DNA of 62,628 nucleotides, filler included, from Candidatus Woesearchaeota archaeon (GTDB lineage: Archaea > Nanobdellota > Nanobdellia > Woesearchaeales > CG1-02-33-12), in NCBI GenBank assembly GCA_018399355.1. It is 3 parts of 3 records of this genome, joined end to end, with 100 filler letters (N's around TTAATTAATTAA, not from the genome) between each part and the next. Parts side by side here need not be neighbours in the genome. Positions count along the whole stretch, not along the records: positions 1 to 21,505 come from JAGYOA010000012.1; positions 21,606 to 42,440 come from JAGYOA010000013.1; 1 more part is not named here. One strand, written 5' to 3'. Positions 19,667 to 28,929 of the stretch are shown here, piece after piece. Position numbers and translations under genes: made by a program. Below the pieces are notes generated by a model. That model was given only the letters and a program-made list of their open reading frames with translations. It was not told the origin of the DNA and ran no database searches. Numbering within the stretch: position 1 is the first letter of the stretch; each line of letters starts with the position of its first letter.

Positions 19667-20571
19667 TCATTTTTTGTTAATGCAATTGCCTTATTCTCTT
19701 CAACTAATATTGTGTGTTCTGCCTGGCTGACAATTCCTTTTTCTCTTTCAGACAATGGGGGGTATTCTGTTATTATGCCTGCGTTTGATAATCTCTTTAA
19801 TGCAAAATTAACCTTAAATGAAGGAAATTTTTTTTCAAGCCATGATTTTGCAAAAGGAAGCCCATTGTATTTTTCTATGTGTTTTAATATTGTTCTTGTG
19901 GTTGTATCCCTTACTGGCTTTTTGTTTGCAAGGGCAAAAACACCAGGGTTTGATGTTTCTATAACAATTCCCTCTCCATTTGTTGCAAATGGCTCAATTG
20001 CAAATACATCACCTTGTTTTAATTTTGTTGAATCTTTGTTGTCATAGTTGGGTATTGTGGGGCTTGTATGAACCTGAAATTTTCCAAGTCCATGCCCGCT
20101 TAAGTTCCTTACAGGAGCAAAACCATATCCTGTTATTGTTTCTTGTATTGTTTTTCCTATCTCGCCAAGGGTTGTTCCCGGCTTTATGATTTTTATTGCA
20201 TTGTTTAATGCATCCCTGGATGCTTTTACAAGCTCCTGGTTTTCTTTTGACAAATCAACAGTGCACGCATTGTCTCCAATAAATCCATTTATATGTGCTC
20301 CTACATCAAGCTTTACTACTTGATTTTCCAGAATTGGATTATTGTTTTTTGTCGGGCAGAAGTGCGCAGCAAGGTCATCCATCGAGATTTGGGATGGAAA
20401 TGCTATTTCTCCTCCTAAATTTATTATTTTTTTGTCAACGCTTTCTGCAATATCAAAAAGATAAACATCTTTTTTTATCAGGTTTTTTCCGTATTCAAGG
20501 GCCTGAGATGATATTTTGCACGCTTTTCTTAGGTCATCAATATCCTCTTTGCTAATCTCATTAACGTTCAT
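19663..20571 (-). CDS. map: Methionine aminopeptidase type II
   Basis: AAHF, KLDVGAHINGFIGD.A, NLSGH, AIEPFAT, SQAEHT. Confidence 0.96.
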   Translation of the reverse strand: MNVNEISKEDIDDLRKACKISSQALEYGKNLIKKDVYLFDIAESVDKKIINLGGEIAFPSQISMDDLAAHFCPTKNNNPILENQVVKLDVGAHINGFIGDNACTVDLSKENQELVKASRDALNNAIKIIKPGTTLGEIGKTIQETITGYGFAPVRNLSGHGLGKFQVHTSPTIPNYDNKDSTKLKQGDVFAIEPFATNGEGIVIETSNPGVFALANKKPVRDTTTRTILKHIEKYNGLPFAKSWLEKKFPSFKVNFALKRLSNAGIITEYPPLSEREKGIVSQAEHTILVEENKAIALTKND

Positions 20572-20686
20572 TGAAATAAATATTGAGACTTTATTATAAA
20601 AAACTTTGCATTAAGAAAGGGCGCCAGCTATTGTAATTAGCAAAACCATGAATACAACTATTAAATAAAATATTTTTTTTACCATT

Positions 20687-21184
20687 TTAGTATATTATTG
20701 CCACAAGGACTCTTGTTATCTGATTGAATCTTATTTTTCCTGGGTCCTGTGTTGGGTTGTTATCTCCCCTTGCAATGCAGTACCACCCATCCTCATCCCC
20801 TCCAATTTTTATAACCCTGTGGATTATTATTCCTTCTGCGTAATCTGATTTATAAGATATTATATCGCCAACATTTATGTCTTGAGCTGATTTAGGCACA
20901 GTCTGTATTGCATGCGCTGTTTCGTCAATAACAGGATCCATTGAGTTAGTGTTTGTGAAAGAAGCCCACTCAGGGTTTTCTATTTCTATGATAACTCGGT
21001 CATTGTAAACCTTTATCTGCTCCTCTTTTATCCAGTCGTTTGGAGAATCCTGTTCAGGAGCTGATCTTAATGGTGATAATGGAGATATAGGCATCTCTAA
21101 ATTAACTCCTGCATATGTTTCATTGATTATAACACCTAGCATAAATGCTATCATCAAACCTATTATCTGCTTTTTTTCCAACAT
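20687..21184 (-). CDS. Signal peptidase I (S26, Sec11-like)
   Basis: SMDP serine, GDII, IIHRV and RGDNN..DP motifs; N-terminal TM. Confidence 0.85.
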   Translation of the reverse strand: MLEKKQIIGLMIAFMLGVIINETYAGVNLEMPISPLSPLRSAPEQDSPNDWIKEEQIKVYNDRVIIEIENPEWASFTNTNSMDPVIDETAHAIQTVPKSAQDINVGDIISYKSDYAEGIIIHRVIKIGGDEDGWYCIARGDNNPTQDPGKIRFNQITRVLVAIIY

Positions 21185-21297
21185 TAAAAATAACCCCCAA
21201 TATAACTAAGAAGTAGTAACAATACTATATAAATCTTTCTATTTTTTTAGTATTAAGAAGTAGTAAATTTATTTTAAGAATTATAACCTGAAATTTA

Positions 21298-21504
21298 TTA
21301 AAATTTTCTACAATCTCTTTTTTTATAAGGATTTGCTTCATCGCCTGGTCTTGGTGTTAAATAATATTTAAGAATTTTTCCTATAAAGTTTTTGTCTTGT
21401 TTTGCAGATATATAATTTTCTTCCAAGGATAATTTCCTGTGTGGATTTGCTTTATCACCAATTCTAGGAGTAAACCAATATTCAAAAAAATCTGATATAG
21501 TTTC
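21298..21504 (-). CDS. C-terminal fragment of a hypothetical protein cut by the contig end
   Basis: Open frame ETISDFFEYWFTPRIGDKANPHRK...YYLTPRPGDEANPYKKRDCRKF* read manually. Confidence 0.55.
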   Translation of the reverse strand, partial: ETISDFFEYWFTPRIGDKANPHRKLSLEENYISAKQDKNFIGKILKYYLTPRPGDEANPYKKRDCRKF

Positions 21505-21505
21505 T

Positions 21506-21605
21506 NNNNNNNNNNNNNNNNNNNNNNNNNNNNNNNNNNNNNNNNNNNNTTAATTAATTAANNNNNNNNNNNNNNNNNNNNNNNNNNNNNNNNNNNNNNN
21601 NNNNN
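21506..21605. other. Artificial contig linker
   Basis: N-run with central TTAATTAATTAA (stops in all six frames). Confidence 0.98.
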
Positions 21606-21685
21606 ACAGATAATCCAGAATTGTTAAAAAAAGATATTGAAAAATTTGATTGCCCAACCGCCCTTTTGATAAAAATATAATCATT

Positions 21686-22156
21686 CTATTTTTCCCATTT
21701 GTTTTTAATGTTATATAAAGAAAAAGTAAACCCTGTTGAAAGCAAATTAAAATGATAAGTTAAATAATTATATGTTTTGATAGAAATTATATTTTTTGTA
21801 TTTTTACTATAATCTATTGTAGTACCAATAAAGTCGGGGTCTCGTTCATTTATGAGAAACTGCTGAAAACATAATCTATGCTTTTTGAATAATCCTAATT
21901 TATACTTAATTACAATATAGTGTCCTATTCTTTCTATTTTCCTATTTGAGTTTACTATCTCACCTTCTTCTTTATTATCATAGCTTAGTTCAGGTGTTGA
22001 ATCTAATAATGAATCTATGTTATTTATTAAATATTGTGCAAGGGAAAAATGTTTCTCTTTATTAAACTCTTCAGGGTTTACTTGGGTTACCCTACATATT
22101 TCATCCACTGAATTAGCTATTTCAATTTTGGTTTTTGGTTGAAGTTTTTCAAACAT
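21686..22156 (-). CDS. Hypothetical protein
   Basis: 156-aa ORF, no recognised motif. Confidence 0.55.
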   Translation of the reverse strand: MFEKLQPKTKIEIANSVDEICRVTQVNPEEFNKEKHFSLAQYLINNIDSLLDSTPELSYDNKEEGEIVNSNRKIERIGHYIVIKYKLGLFKKHRLCFQQFLINERDPDFIGTTIDYSKNTKNIISIKTYNYLTYHFNLLSTGFTFSLYNIKNKWEK

Positions 22157-22225
22157 AATAACATCCTAAAAGTTATAATATAAAAATTTTATTGATCTAG
22201 CCAAAAGAAAAGCTTATATACTAGA

Positions 22226-22259
22226 CCTATTTTTAGGATTAAATAAACCTAAAAAAAGG
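22226..22259. promoter_or_regulatory. Inverted repeat, candidate operator of the MNT-HEPN operon
   Basis: CCTATTTTTAGG-N10-CCTAAAAAAAGG (11/12 match) between the TATA box and the ATG at 22265. Confidence 0.55.
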
Positions 22260-22264
22260 ATAAA

Positions 22265-22900
22265 ATGCTGAAGAATACATATAGGATATTAAATATATTT
22301 GCAGAAAGGCCATGGAAGAAGTTCACCTTAAAAGAAATTAAAGAAATCTCAAAAAGCAAGTCTGAAAGCTACACTTATAACTCCTTAAACAGTTTTGTCA
22401 AGGAAAATATCTTATTAAAAGAAAAAGTTGGAAATGTTTCTGTTTATTCTGCAAAGCATAACCAAAAAGCTATAGCATATTTGTCAATGGCCTCTGAAAA
22501 CAATGCATGGAAAAAGAATCATATTTCAGTAAAAATTATAGAAAACTTAATTTCTAATATCCCAGCTAAATGTTTTACTTTTTTAGTAACAGGAAGCTAT
22601 GCAAAGCAAAAGCAGAAAGCTAATTCAGATATTGACGTCGTAATATTTTCGGAAATTTCACCAAAAAGAATTTATTCTGAATTAAATTATTTATGCAATA
22701 TGAGTATACCAAAGGTTCATCTTTATGTGTTTAGGTGGAGTGAATTTTTGCAGATGCTTATCAATAAGAACCCGAATTATGGAAAGGAAATCGCAGAGAA
22801 TAATTTGATTTTTGCAGGTGCAGAGCCATACTACAGGATTTTAATGCAGGCAGTTGAAAATGGACTCACTGGTGGAAATATATCTAAACAGAGCACATAA
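22265..22900 (+). CDS. wHTH-fused minimal nucleotidyltransferase (MNT antitoxin-like)
   Basis: N-terminal wHTH; GSYAK.....SDIDV Pol-beta motif. Confidence 0.88.
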   Translation: MLKNTYRILNIFAERPWKKFTLKEIKEISKSKSESYTYNSLNSFVKENILLKEKVGNVSVYSAKHNQKAIAYLSMASENNAWKKNHISVKIIENLISNIPAKCFTFLVTGSYAKQKQKANSDIDVVIFSEISPKRIYSELNYLCNMSIPKVHLYVFRWSEFLQMLINKNPNYGKEIAENNLIFAGAEPYYRILMQAVENGLTGGNISKQST

Positions 22901-23336
22901 CGAGATTATGGCCGCTGAATCATTAATCAGATTAAGCAACACAAAAAAAGACAAGCTGGAATTTAACCTTCCGGAAAATACAACGTTCTACAGCTCGGTT
23001 ATTTCACATTCATACTATGCAATTTTTTATGCAACAAAGGCAATTCTTTTAACAAGAAACGTAAATACAAAATCACCTGAGATTCATAAGAAAACCTATG
23101 ATGAATTCAAGAGATTTTTTGTTGATTCAGGATTGCTTGATGTTAAGCTACTGCAGATTTACAAGAAAATGATTGTAAGGGCAGACCAGCTTTTGCATAT
23201 AATAAAAGATGAAAAATCAAAAAGAGGGCATTTTACATACCAAACAATTCCCCAGGCAAACAAAGAGCCTGCAGATGAATCCTTAAATCATGCAAAATTC
23301 TTTGTGTCAAATATGATGAAAGTTATTGAAGATTAA
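22860..23336 (+). CDS. HEPN-domain protein
   Basis: SHSYYAIFYATKAIL and R...TY motifs; overlaps the MNT gene. Confidence 0.85.
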   Translation: MDSLVEIYLNRAHNEIMAAESLIRLSNTKKDKLEFNLPENTTFYSSVISHSYYAIFYATKAILLTRNVNTKSPEIHKKTYDEFKRFFVDSGLLDVKLLQIYKKMIVRADQLLHIIKDEKSKRGHFTYQTIPQANKEPADESLNHAKFFVSNMMKVIED

Positions 23337-25093
23337 ATTCCCCAGAGTTCGTTTTCCTTTCTCATCATCTCTGCTATTTCTTTTAGTATTGAGATTTCTC
23401 CTGATGTAAGGTATTTTTTAAGCTCTTTTAATCTTCGGAAATCGCTTTCAGGTATAACAGAATATAAAATATCCTCTTCACAAACCTGCCTTCCTATTGT
23501 GATTTTATCAAGAGAAACTGCAACTTGTTTTCCCTCCTCTGCAACTGAGATGTTTTTCTTATCCAACTGGATTCCCTTTACAGTTGTCAATGGTTCTATA
23601 TCTTTCATAAGCCTTATTCCTGTCTTTACTTTTCCTGTTAAAATATCAACTCCAACAACAGCAGGATTATTCTGCCTGAAAACATATCCCTTCATAACCT
23701 TAATCTTGCATGGCCTAACCAAACTGTCAACCTCTTCTGCCTCTCTTCTCTTTTTTTCTCCCTGAACCCATTTCTCAAAATTTTCTATAAGCTTGTATAT
23801 TATGTCATTTGTGAAAATTTTAACTTTATCAGATTTTGCATCATCGTTTATAGAAACATTAAAGCCGATTATAACTGTCTTTAAAGGATCTTTCTCATAA
23901 TTACTCTCTGCATCTATTATGTCTTTCTTTGATATGTTTCCTATTGATGCCCGCCTTATTGTTATATCACTTTCCCTGAATACCTTAACAAGCGCCTCCA
24001 AGGACCCAAGAGAATCTGCCTTCAAGATAATTCCTTCCTCATCTTTTTCTATGATTACCTGAGAAATTTGATTCTGAATAATTTCTTTTGTTTTCTCTAT
24101 ATCCTTTTCAGAGCATGACATAAGAGGCATTCCAGCAACAACTTCCTCAATGTCAGGTGCTGATATTCTCACTCCTGCTGCTGCATTCACTTCATCATAA
24201 CTTTTGAAAACAGCCTTTTTATCCCTCATTTCAGAAAGAGGCATTGGTGTAAAGAAGCTTCTTGGTTTTGTTACAATTGGCTGTTCCATTCCTCCTATAA
24301 CAAGATAATCTCCTTTTTTCAATGTTCCGTCATAAATTATCACATCAAGGGAAACTCCCATTTGTTTATCTCTTTTTACCTCGAGAACAGTTCCTTTTGC
24401 AGGGCCAGATATATCGCATTTAAGGCAGCTTTCCAGATATTTTTGCGCAAGCCCTGTAATAACCATCAAAAGCTCTGGAATACCCTCTCCTGTTTTTGCC
24501 GATACAGGTATTATTGCAACTTGTTTTGTGTAATTTTCAACGCGGTCAAATCTCTCGCTCTGGAATCCAAATTCATAAATCCTTCCAACTAATTCATAAA
24601 TTTTTGTATCAAGATGTTTTTGTACATCCTGGCTTTGCTTTGAAATGCTTTTCAAAAGATTTTCCTTATTTGTGTTCCATCCAGGCAATAAGTCAATCTT
24701 GTTTGCAGCCACAATAAAAGGTGTTTTTTCCTGTTTTAGAATTTCCAATGCCTCTATTGTCTGCGGCTTAAATCCTTCGTTAATATCAACAACAAGTATT
24801 GCTATATCTGCAAGAGTTCCTCCTCTTTTCCTTAAGTTTGTAAAAGCAGCGTGCCCTGGAGTGTCTATGAATAATAATCCAGGAATATTGAATTTTATTT
24901 TAAGGGTGTCAAGCATTGGCCCGCATATCTCTCTTATTGTCTCTAGGGGAACAACTGAAGCTCCTATTGCTTGTGTTATCGCGCCAGCTTCTCCCTTGAT
25001 AATATTGCTGTGTCTAACATAATCTAATATGCTTGATTTTCCATGGTCCACATGGCCCACAACAGTGCATATGGGCGATCTTATGCTGTTCAT
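23333..25093 (-). CDS. infB: Translation initiation factor aIF5B (IF-2)
   Basis: GHVDHGKS, ITQAIGA, DTPGHAAF.NLR.RGG, NKID. Confidence 0.97.
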   Translation of the reverse strand: MNSIRSPICTVVGHVDHGKSSILDYVRHSNIIKGEAGAITQAIGASVVPLETIREICGPMLDTLKIKFNIPGLLFIDTPGHAAFTNLRKRGGTLADIAILVVDINEGFKPQTIEALEILKQEKTPFIVAANKIDLLPGWNTNKENLLKSISKQSQDVQKHLDTKIYELVGRIYEFGFQSERFDRVENYTKQVAIIPVSAKTGEGIPELLMVITGLAQKYLESCLKCDISGPAKGTVLEVKRDKQMGVSLDVIIYDGTLKKGDYLVIGGMEQPIVTKPRSFFTPMPLSEMRDKKAVFKSYDEVNAAAGVRISAPDIEEVVAGMPLMSCSEKDIEKTKEIIQNQISQVIIEKDEEGIILKADSLGSLEALVKVFRESDITIRRASIGNISKKDIIDAESNYEKDPLKTVIIGFNVSINDDAKSDKVKIFTNDIIYKLIENFEKWVQGEKKRREAEEVDSLVRPCKIKVMKGYVFRQNNPAVVGVDILTGKVKTGIRLMKDIEPLTTVKGIQLDKKNISVAEEGKQVAVSLDKITIGRQVCEEDILYSVIPESDFRRLKELKKYLTSGEISILKEIAEMMRKENELWGI

Positions 25094-25168
25094 TTTAAAG
25101 ACAGTAATTGTATTTAACTTTTAAAACTTTCCAAAAGTTTTATATTAAGCTATAGTTTATTTTGTTTA

Positions 25169-26305
25169 ATGGAAACAATTAATGAGGGAAAGGCAAGGTT
25201 TAAATCTTATGTTGATGATAAGATATCAAAAAAGCTTCCTGTTTTTTATAATCCTGTTATGAAGCTTAACAGGGATGTTAGTGTTTTATTGCTTAATTCT
25301 GTTGAGAAAGATGATATGCAATTAGCTCTGCCATTGGCCGCAACAGGAATAAGAGGAATAAGGTTCTTGCTTGAATTGAAAAAATCAAAAATAAAAACAA
25401 TTTCATTTAATGACAAAAGTGATGAAGCGGTTAAACTAATAAAAAGCAATTTAAGATTAAATAAAATTAAACCAAAAGATAAAATAAAAATTTTTAACCT
25501 TGATGCTAATGAATTTTTACTTAATTCAAAGGGCTTTGATTACATTGATATTGATCCTTTTGGCTCTCCAAATTTTTTATTGGATAGCGCAGTTAAGAGA
25601 ATTGCCCGCAATGGAATTCTTGCAGTTACAGCAACAGATACTGCTGCTTTGTGTGGAAGCTCGAAAAACGCATGCTTAAGAAAATACTGGAGCGAGGCCT
25701 TAAAAAATGAGTTCTGCCATGAGATTGGATTAAGAATCTTAATAAAAAAAGTACAGCAAATTGCATCGCAGCATGACAAGGCCTTAATTCCAATATTTTC
25801 ATACTCAAGAGAACATTACTTCAGAATTTTTTTTGGTTGTGAAAAAGGAAAGAAAAAAGCAGATGAGATAATGAAAAAGCACGGATATGTTGTTTATTGC
25901 AACAAATGCCTTTTCAGGGAAACTGTAAATACAATATTCAACAATGAAAAATGCCCTTTCTGCAATTCAAAGCTTGATTCTGCTGGAAAGCTTTGGCTTG
26001 GCCAGCTGTGGGATAAAAAGATTGTTGTAAGTATGAATAAAGAGGCCAAAAAAATTAAAGATAAAGAGTTAATTAAACTGATGCAGATAATAACAGATGA
26101 GTCGAAGATAAACTCAGTCGGCTTTTACGACATTGCAAAGGTTGTAAAGCACAACAAGTTAAAGTATGTTCCAAAAAAAGAACTTTTAATCAAAGAAATA
26201 AAAAAGGCCGGATTTAAAGCAGCTGAAACGCATATAAGGCCAAACTCAATAAGAAGTGATATAACCTTAAAAGAATTAGTGAAAATAATAAGAAAGATTA
26301 ATTAA
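25169..26305 (+). CDS. trm1: tRNA (guanine-26-N2)-dimethyltransferase
   Basis: VFYNP.M.LNRD, IDIDPFGSP, TATD.A.LCG, zinc ribbon. Confidence 0.95.
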   Translation: METINEGKARFKSYVDDKISKKLPVFYNPVMKLNRDVSVLLLNSVEKDDMQLALPLAATGIRGIRFLLELKKSKIKTISFNDKSDEAVKLIKSNLRLNKIKPKDKIKIFNLDANEFLLNSKGFDYIDIDPFGSPNFLLDSAVKRIARNGILAVTATDTAALCGSSKNACLRKYWSEALKNEFCHEIGLRILIKKVQQIASQHDKALIPIFSYSREHYFRIFFGCEKGKKKADEIMKKHGYVVYCNKCLFRETVNTIFNNEKCPFCNSKLDSAGKLWLGQLWDKKIVVSMNKEAKKIKDKELIKLMQIITDESKINSVGFYDIAKVVKHNKLKYVPKKELLIKEIKKAGFKAAETHIRPNSIRSDITLKELVKIIRKIN

Positions 26306-26581
26306 TCACAAGTCAAAATCATCTATAAAGCCGAGGATTGTTTTGTATTTCTCAAGATAATGAAATCCCTTGTCACTTAAGGTTATATACTTTTTTTTAT
26401 TCTTATCATAAATCTCTTTTACAAATTCCTTTTTCAAAAGCTCCTGAAAGTATTCATTAAAGCTCTGACTGGAAAGGTTTGTTTTTCTTAATAATGGGGT
26501 TGGCTTTATTGAATTATGATTCTCCTGAATTATCTTCAGAAAGCCATATATCACTTCCAACCTGTCCCTTTTCTTGCTCAT
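26306..26581 (-). CDS. Winged-helix transcription regulator (HTH_45-like)
   Basis: KRDRLEVI...L, T.LLRKTNLS and Y.TLSDKG; ATGA-coupled to upstream membrane gene. Confidence 0.85.
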   Translation of the reverse strand: MSKKRDRLEVIYGFLKIIQENHNSIKPTPLLRKTNLSSQSFNEYFQELLKKEFVKEIYDKNKKKYITLSDKGFHYLEKYKTILGFIDDFDL

Positions 26582-27237
26582 TTTACCCACTTTAAAACCT
26601 TTAAGTAAACAACCACAAAAACAATTATTGAAAATGCCTGGAAAAAAATCTTAGAGCCAAATAATAATATTCTTCCGGGACTAAGTAAAAACAGGTTTAT
26701 CAGCCAAAGCACAGATATCAAAAAGTACAATGTTCTGGTGTATTTTTTTTTTGTTTTCTTATGGTCTTTTGTTGATATTACAACTGTGATTAAAAGCAGC
26801 AGAAGCTGTAGTGCAGATATTAAAATAAGAGACTTTGAACAAAATGCTATTATTGAAATAGAGATTGCAATTATATTTGAAAGAATTATAAAATATTTGT
26901 ATTTAATTTTTTTCCATATTGTGCTGTATATAAGGAAAAATATTGCCATAGTACTTAAGTAAGTTACAGGAACTGTAAAAACAGGAAGAAACATCACTCT
27001 TCTTGGTATGATAAAACTAAAAGATATACCCATAAGTATGACTATATGAAGCAAAAACCTTGATAAGTATGCAAGACCAAAAAAAAGAAAGGCACTTCTG
27101 AAGTATTTAATGCCTTGATGCTTTGTTAATTCATAAATTTCCTTGGTTTTATAGTAAACCAAAAAGCAAAGCACTACAACAATAAAAGTATACAAAAACT
27201 CTGCTTCAAAACCTTTTCCTAAAAAGTTATGCATCAT
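26578..27237 (-). CDS. Polytopic membrane protein, possible sensor
   Basis: About seven hydrophobic helices; coupled to the wHTH gene. Confidence 0.7.
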   Translation of the reverse strand: MMHNFLGKGFEAEFLYTFIVVVLCFLVYYKTKEIYELTKHQGIKYFRSAFLFFGLAYLSRFLLHIVILMGISFSFIIPRRVMFLPVFTVPVTYLSTMAIFFLIYSTIWKKIKYKYFIILSNIIAISISIIAFCSKSLILISALQLLLLLITVVISTKDHKKTKKKYTRTLYFLISVLWLINLFLLSPGRILLFGSKIFFQAFSIIVFVVVYLKVLKWVK

Positions 27238-27365
27238 TTATATCACACAAGCTTTAAGATATTTAAATGTATATAAAAAATGTGGACTTAAAGTGTACAT
27301 TTATCCTTCTTTCTGTTTAAATATAAAAACATATTTCATAGTTAAAAACACAGGAGGTATAAAAA

Positions 27366-27791
27366 ATGAATAAAACAACAATATTTGGTCTGTTGGCGCT
27401 TATAATTATAGGAATGCTTGCAACAGCCGGCCTTGTAAGTGCTTACAGGGGAGATTATTTAGTTAAAGGCCCAGAATGCAATGAACAAAGACATGACGCA
27501 ATTGAAAGTGCATTTCAATCAAAAGATTATGGTGCATGGAAGCAATTAATGACAGAAACAGGAAGAAATCCAAGAGTCTTAGATATGATTAATGAGGATA
27601 ACTTTGCAGTGTTTGCAGAAGCTCATGAAGCTGGAAAAAGCGGAGATTATGAAACTGCAGCAGCATTGAGGGCAGAACTTGGGTTAAACAACGGCAATGG
27701 TCCAAGAGATGGAACAGGCCATGGAAAAACTGAAGGAAAACAGCAAGGAATGCAGCACAACAGGCAAGAATCAAGAAAAGGAAGGATATAA
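27366..27791 (+). CDS. Secreted helical protein with Gly/Asn-rich tail
   Basis: Signal peptide ending VSA; GGAGGT SD. Confidence 0.75.
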   Translation: MNKTTIFGLLALIIIGMLATAGLVSAYRGDYLVKGPECNEQRHDAIESAFQSKDYGAWKQLMTETGRNPRVLDMINEDNFAVFAEAHEAGKSGDYETAAALRAELGLNNGNGPRDGTGHGKTEGKQQGMQHNRQESRKGRI

Positions 27792-27847
27792 TCCTTCTAT
27801 TTTTTTATTTTAAAAGTATAAATAAAAAAGTTATAAATAAAAATAGC

Positions 27848-28288
27848 TTATTCTAATTCATCCAGAGGGCTTTCACAGCTGTTTTCAATACAGCTTTTGA
27901 TGTAATTTTCTATTTCAGGGGCCCTTGAAGAAGAAAATCCTACCCAGTTCTTTTCACCAATAAAAGTTGTCGGAACTCCTCTTGCCTGAATTCCATAAGC
28001 CTCAGCTACTTCCTGAAATAAGGCTGCGTTTTCTTTGTTGCTCCATGTTTCAAATGACCTTATTTCAAGTTCAGGATATTTTTCCGCCCACTCATTCAGA
28101 TAAGGCTTCTGGCTTGTGCAGTGAGGGCATCCCTCTCCATAAAAGAAATAAACCAATACTTTATCAGAACTATTAGTTTTTTCAGCAATAACATTACCTG
28201 CCAGATTTGTCTGTGAATTATCAGAACATCCTCCCAATGATAACAATGCTAAAATAAATATAACCATATATACATTTGCAAATTTCAT
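27848..28288 (-). CDS. Thioredoxin/glutaredoxin-like lipoprotein
   Basis: Lipobox-like LGGC, CPHC active site, GVPT cis-Pro loop. Confidence 0.85.
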   Translation of the reverse strand: MKFANVYMVIFILALLSLGGCSDNSQTNLAGNVIAEKTNSSDKVLVYFFYGEGCPHCTSQKPYLNEWAEKYPELEIRSFETWSNKENAALFQEVAEAYGIQARGVPTTFIGEKNWVGFSSSRAPEIENYIKSCIENSCESPLDELE

Positions 28289-28321
28289 TTTATTCCCCCA
28301 AAAGATATGAACATGTATTAT

Positions 28322-28597
28322 TTATCCAATAGCTCTTCTGACATCTGTTACTTCAACAGAATTAACACCTGGAATTGATGCAATGTTACTTTCAAGCTTG
28401 TCTGTGCTTCCTATGTCTTCATTGCTTACAAAAACGATTTCAAGGGCCTTTAAACCAAAAGCAACCGGCTTTTCCTCTACTTTTCCTACTTCTCCACCAT
28501 ACTCTGAAACAAAGGTCTTTACTTTTTCTTCTATACATTTCAAGTCTGTCTCAACACTTTCTGGCATTATCCTTAAAGTTATGATTACGCTTGCCAT
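28322..28597 (-). CDS. ef1b: Elongation factor 1-beta
   Basis: IMPES.E.DL and PVAFGLKAL motifs. Confidence 0.96.
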   Translation of the reverse strand: MASVIITLRIMPESVETDLKCIEEKVKTFVSEYGGEVGKVEEKPVAFGLKALEIVFVSNEDIGSTDKLESNIASIPGVNSVEVTDVRRAIG

Positions 28598-28601
28598 TTT
28601 C

Positions 28602-28778
28602 TTAGTTTGGGCCTGTAAAGCCGCATTCAGGGCATTTATACTCTGCTGCTATCTCTCTGCAGTGCTTGCATCTTATTATCTCAGCTTTTCCGCAGTTAGG
28701 GCACATGAATTTTGCTGCTCCTTGTTTGTTAGTTAGCCTTTTATGGCAAGAAGAGCAAATAATTTGTTTTTCGTCCAT
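28602..28778 (-). CDS. Zinc-ribbon protein DUF1610 (58 aa, not in ORF track)
   Basis: Manual translation MDEKQIICSSC...FMCPNCG..IIRCKHCR....YKCPECGFTGPN; conserved position upstream of EF-1beta; GAGGT SD. Confidence 0.92.
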   Translation of the reverse strand: MDEKQIICSSCHKRLTNKQGAAKFMCPNCGKAEIIRCKHCREIAAEYKCPECGFTGPN

Positions 28779-28929
28779 TTTAACTACCTCAATAATTATT
28801 ATTGATTAGGGGTTTTCTTGCATTACTTAAAAAGCTTATGATTTTTATTAAGAATATTGCCATTTTTCATGTTCACTATCATGAAAGTATAACAAAGATT
28901 TTTAAATAATCAAAAAATAAGTATATAAA

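Noticed and set aside
21506..21605. TTAATTAATTAA palindrome within N-runs (also 42441-42540)
   Set aside because: Identical artificial scaffold linker with stops in all frames; not biological, and synteny across it cannot be used.
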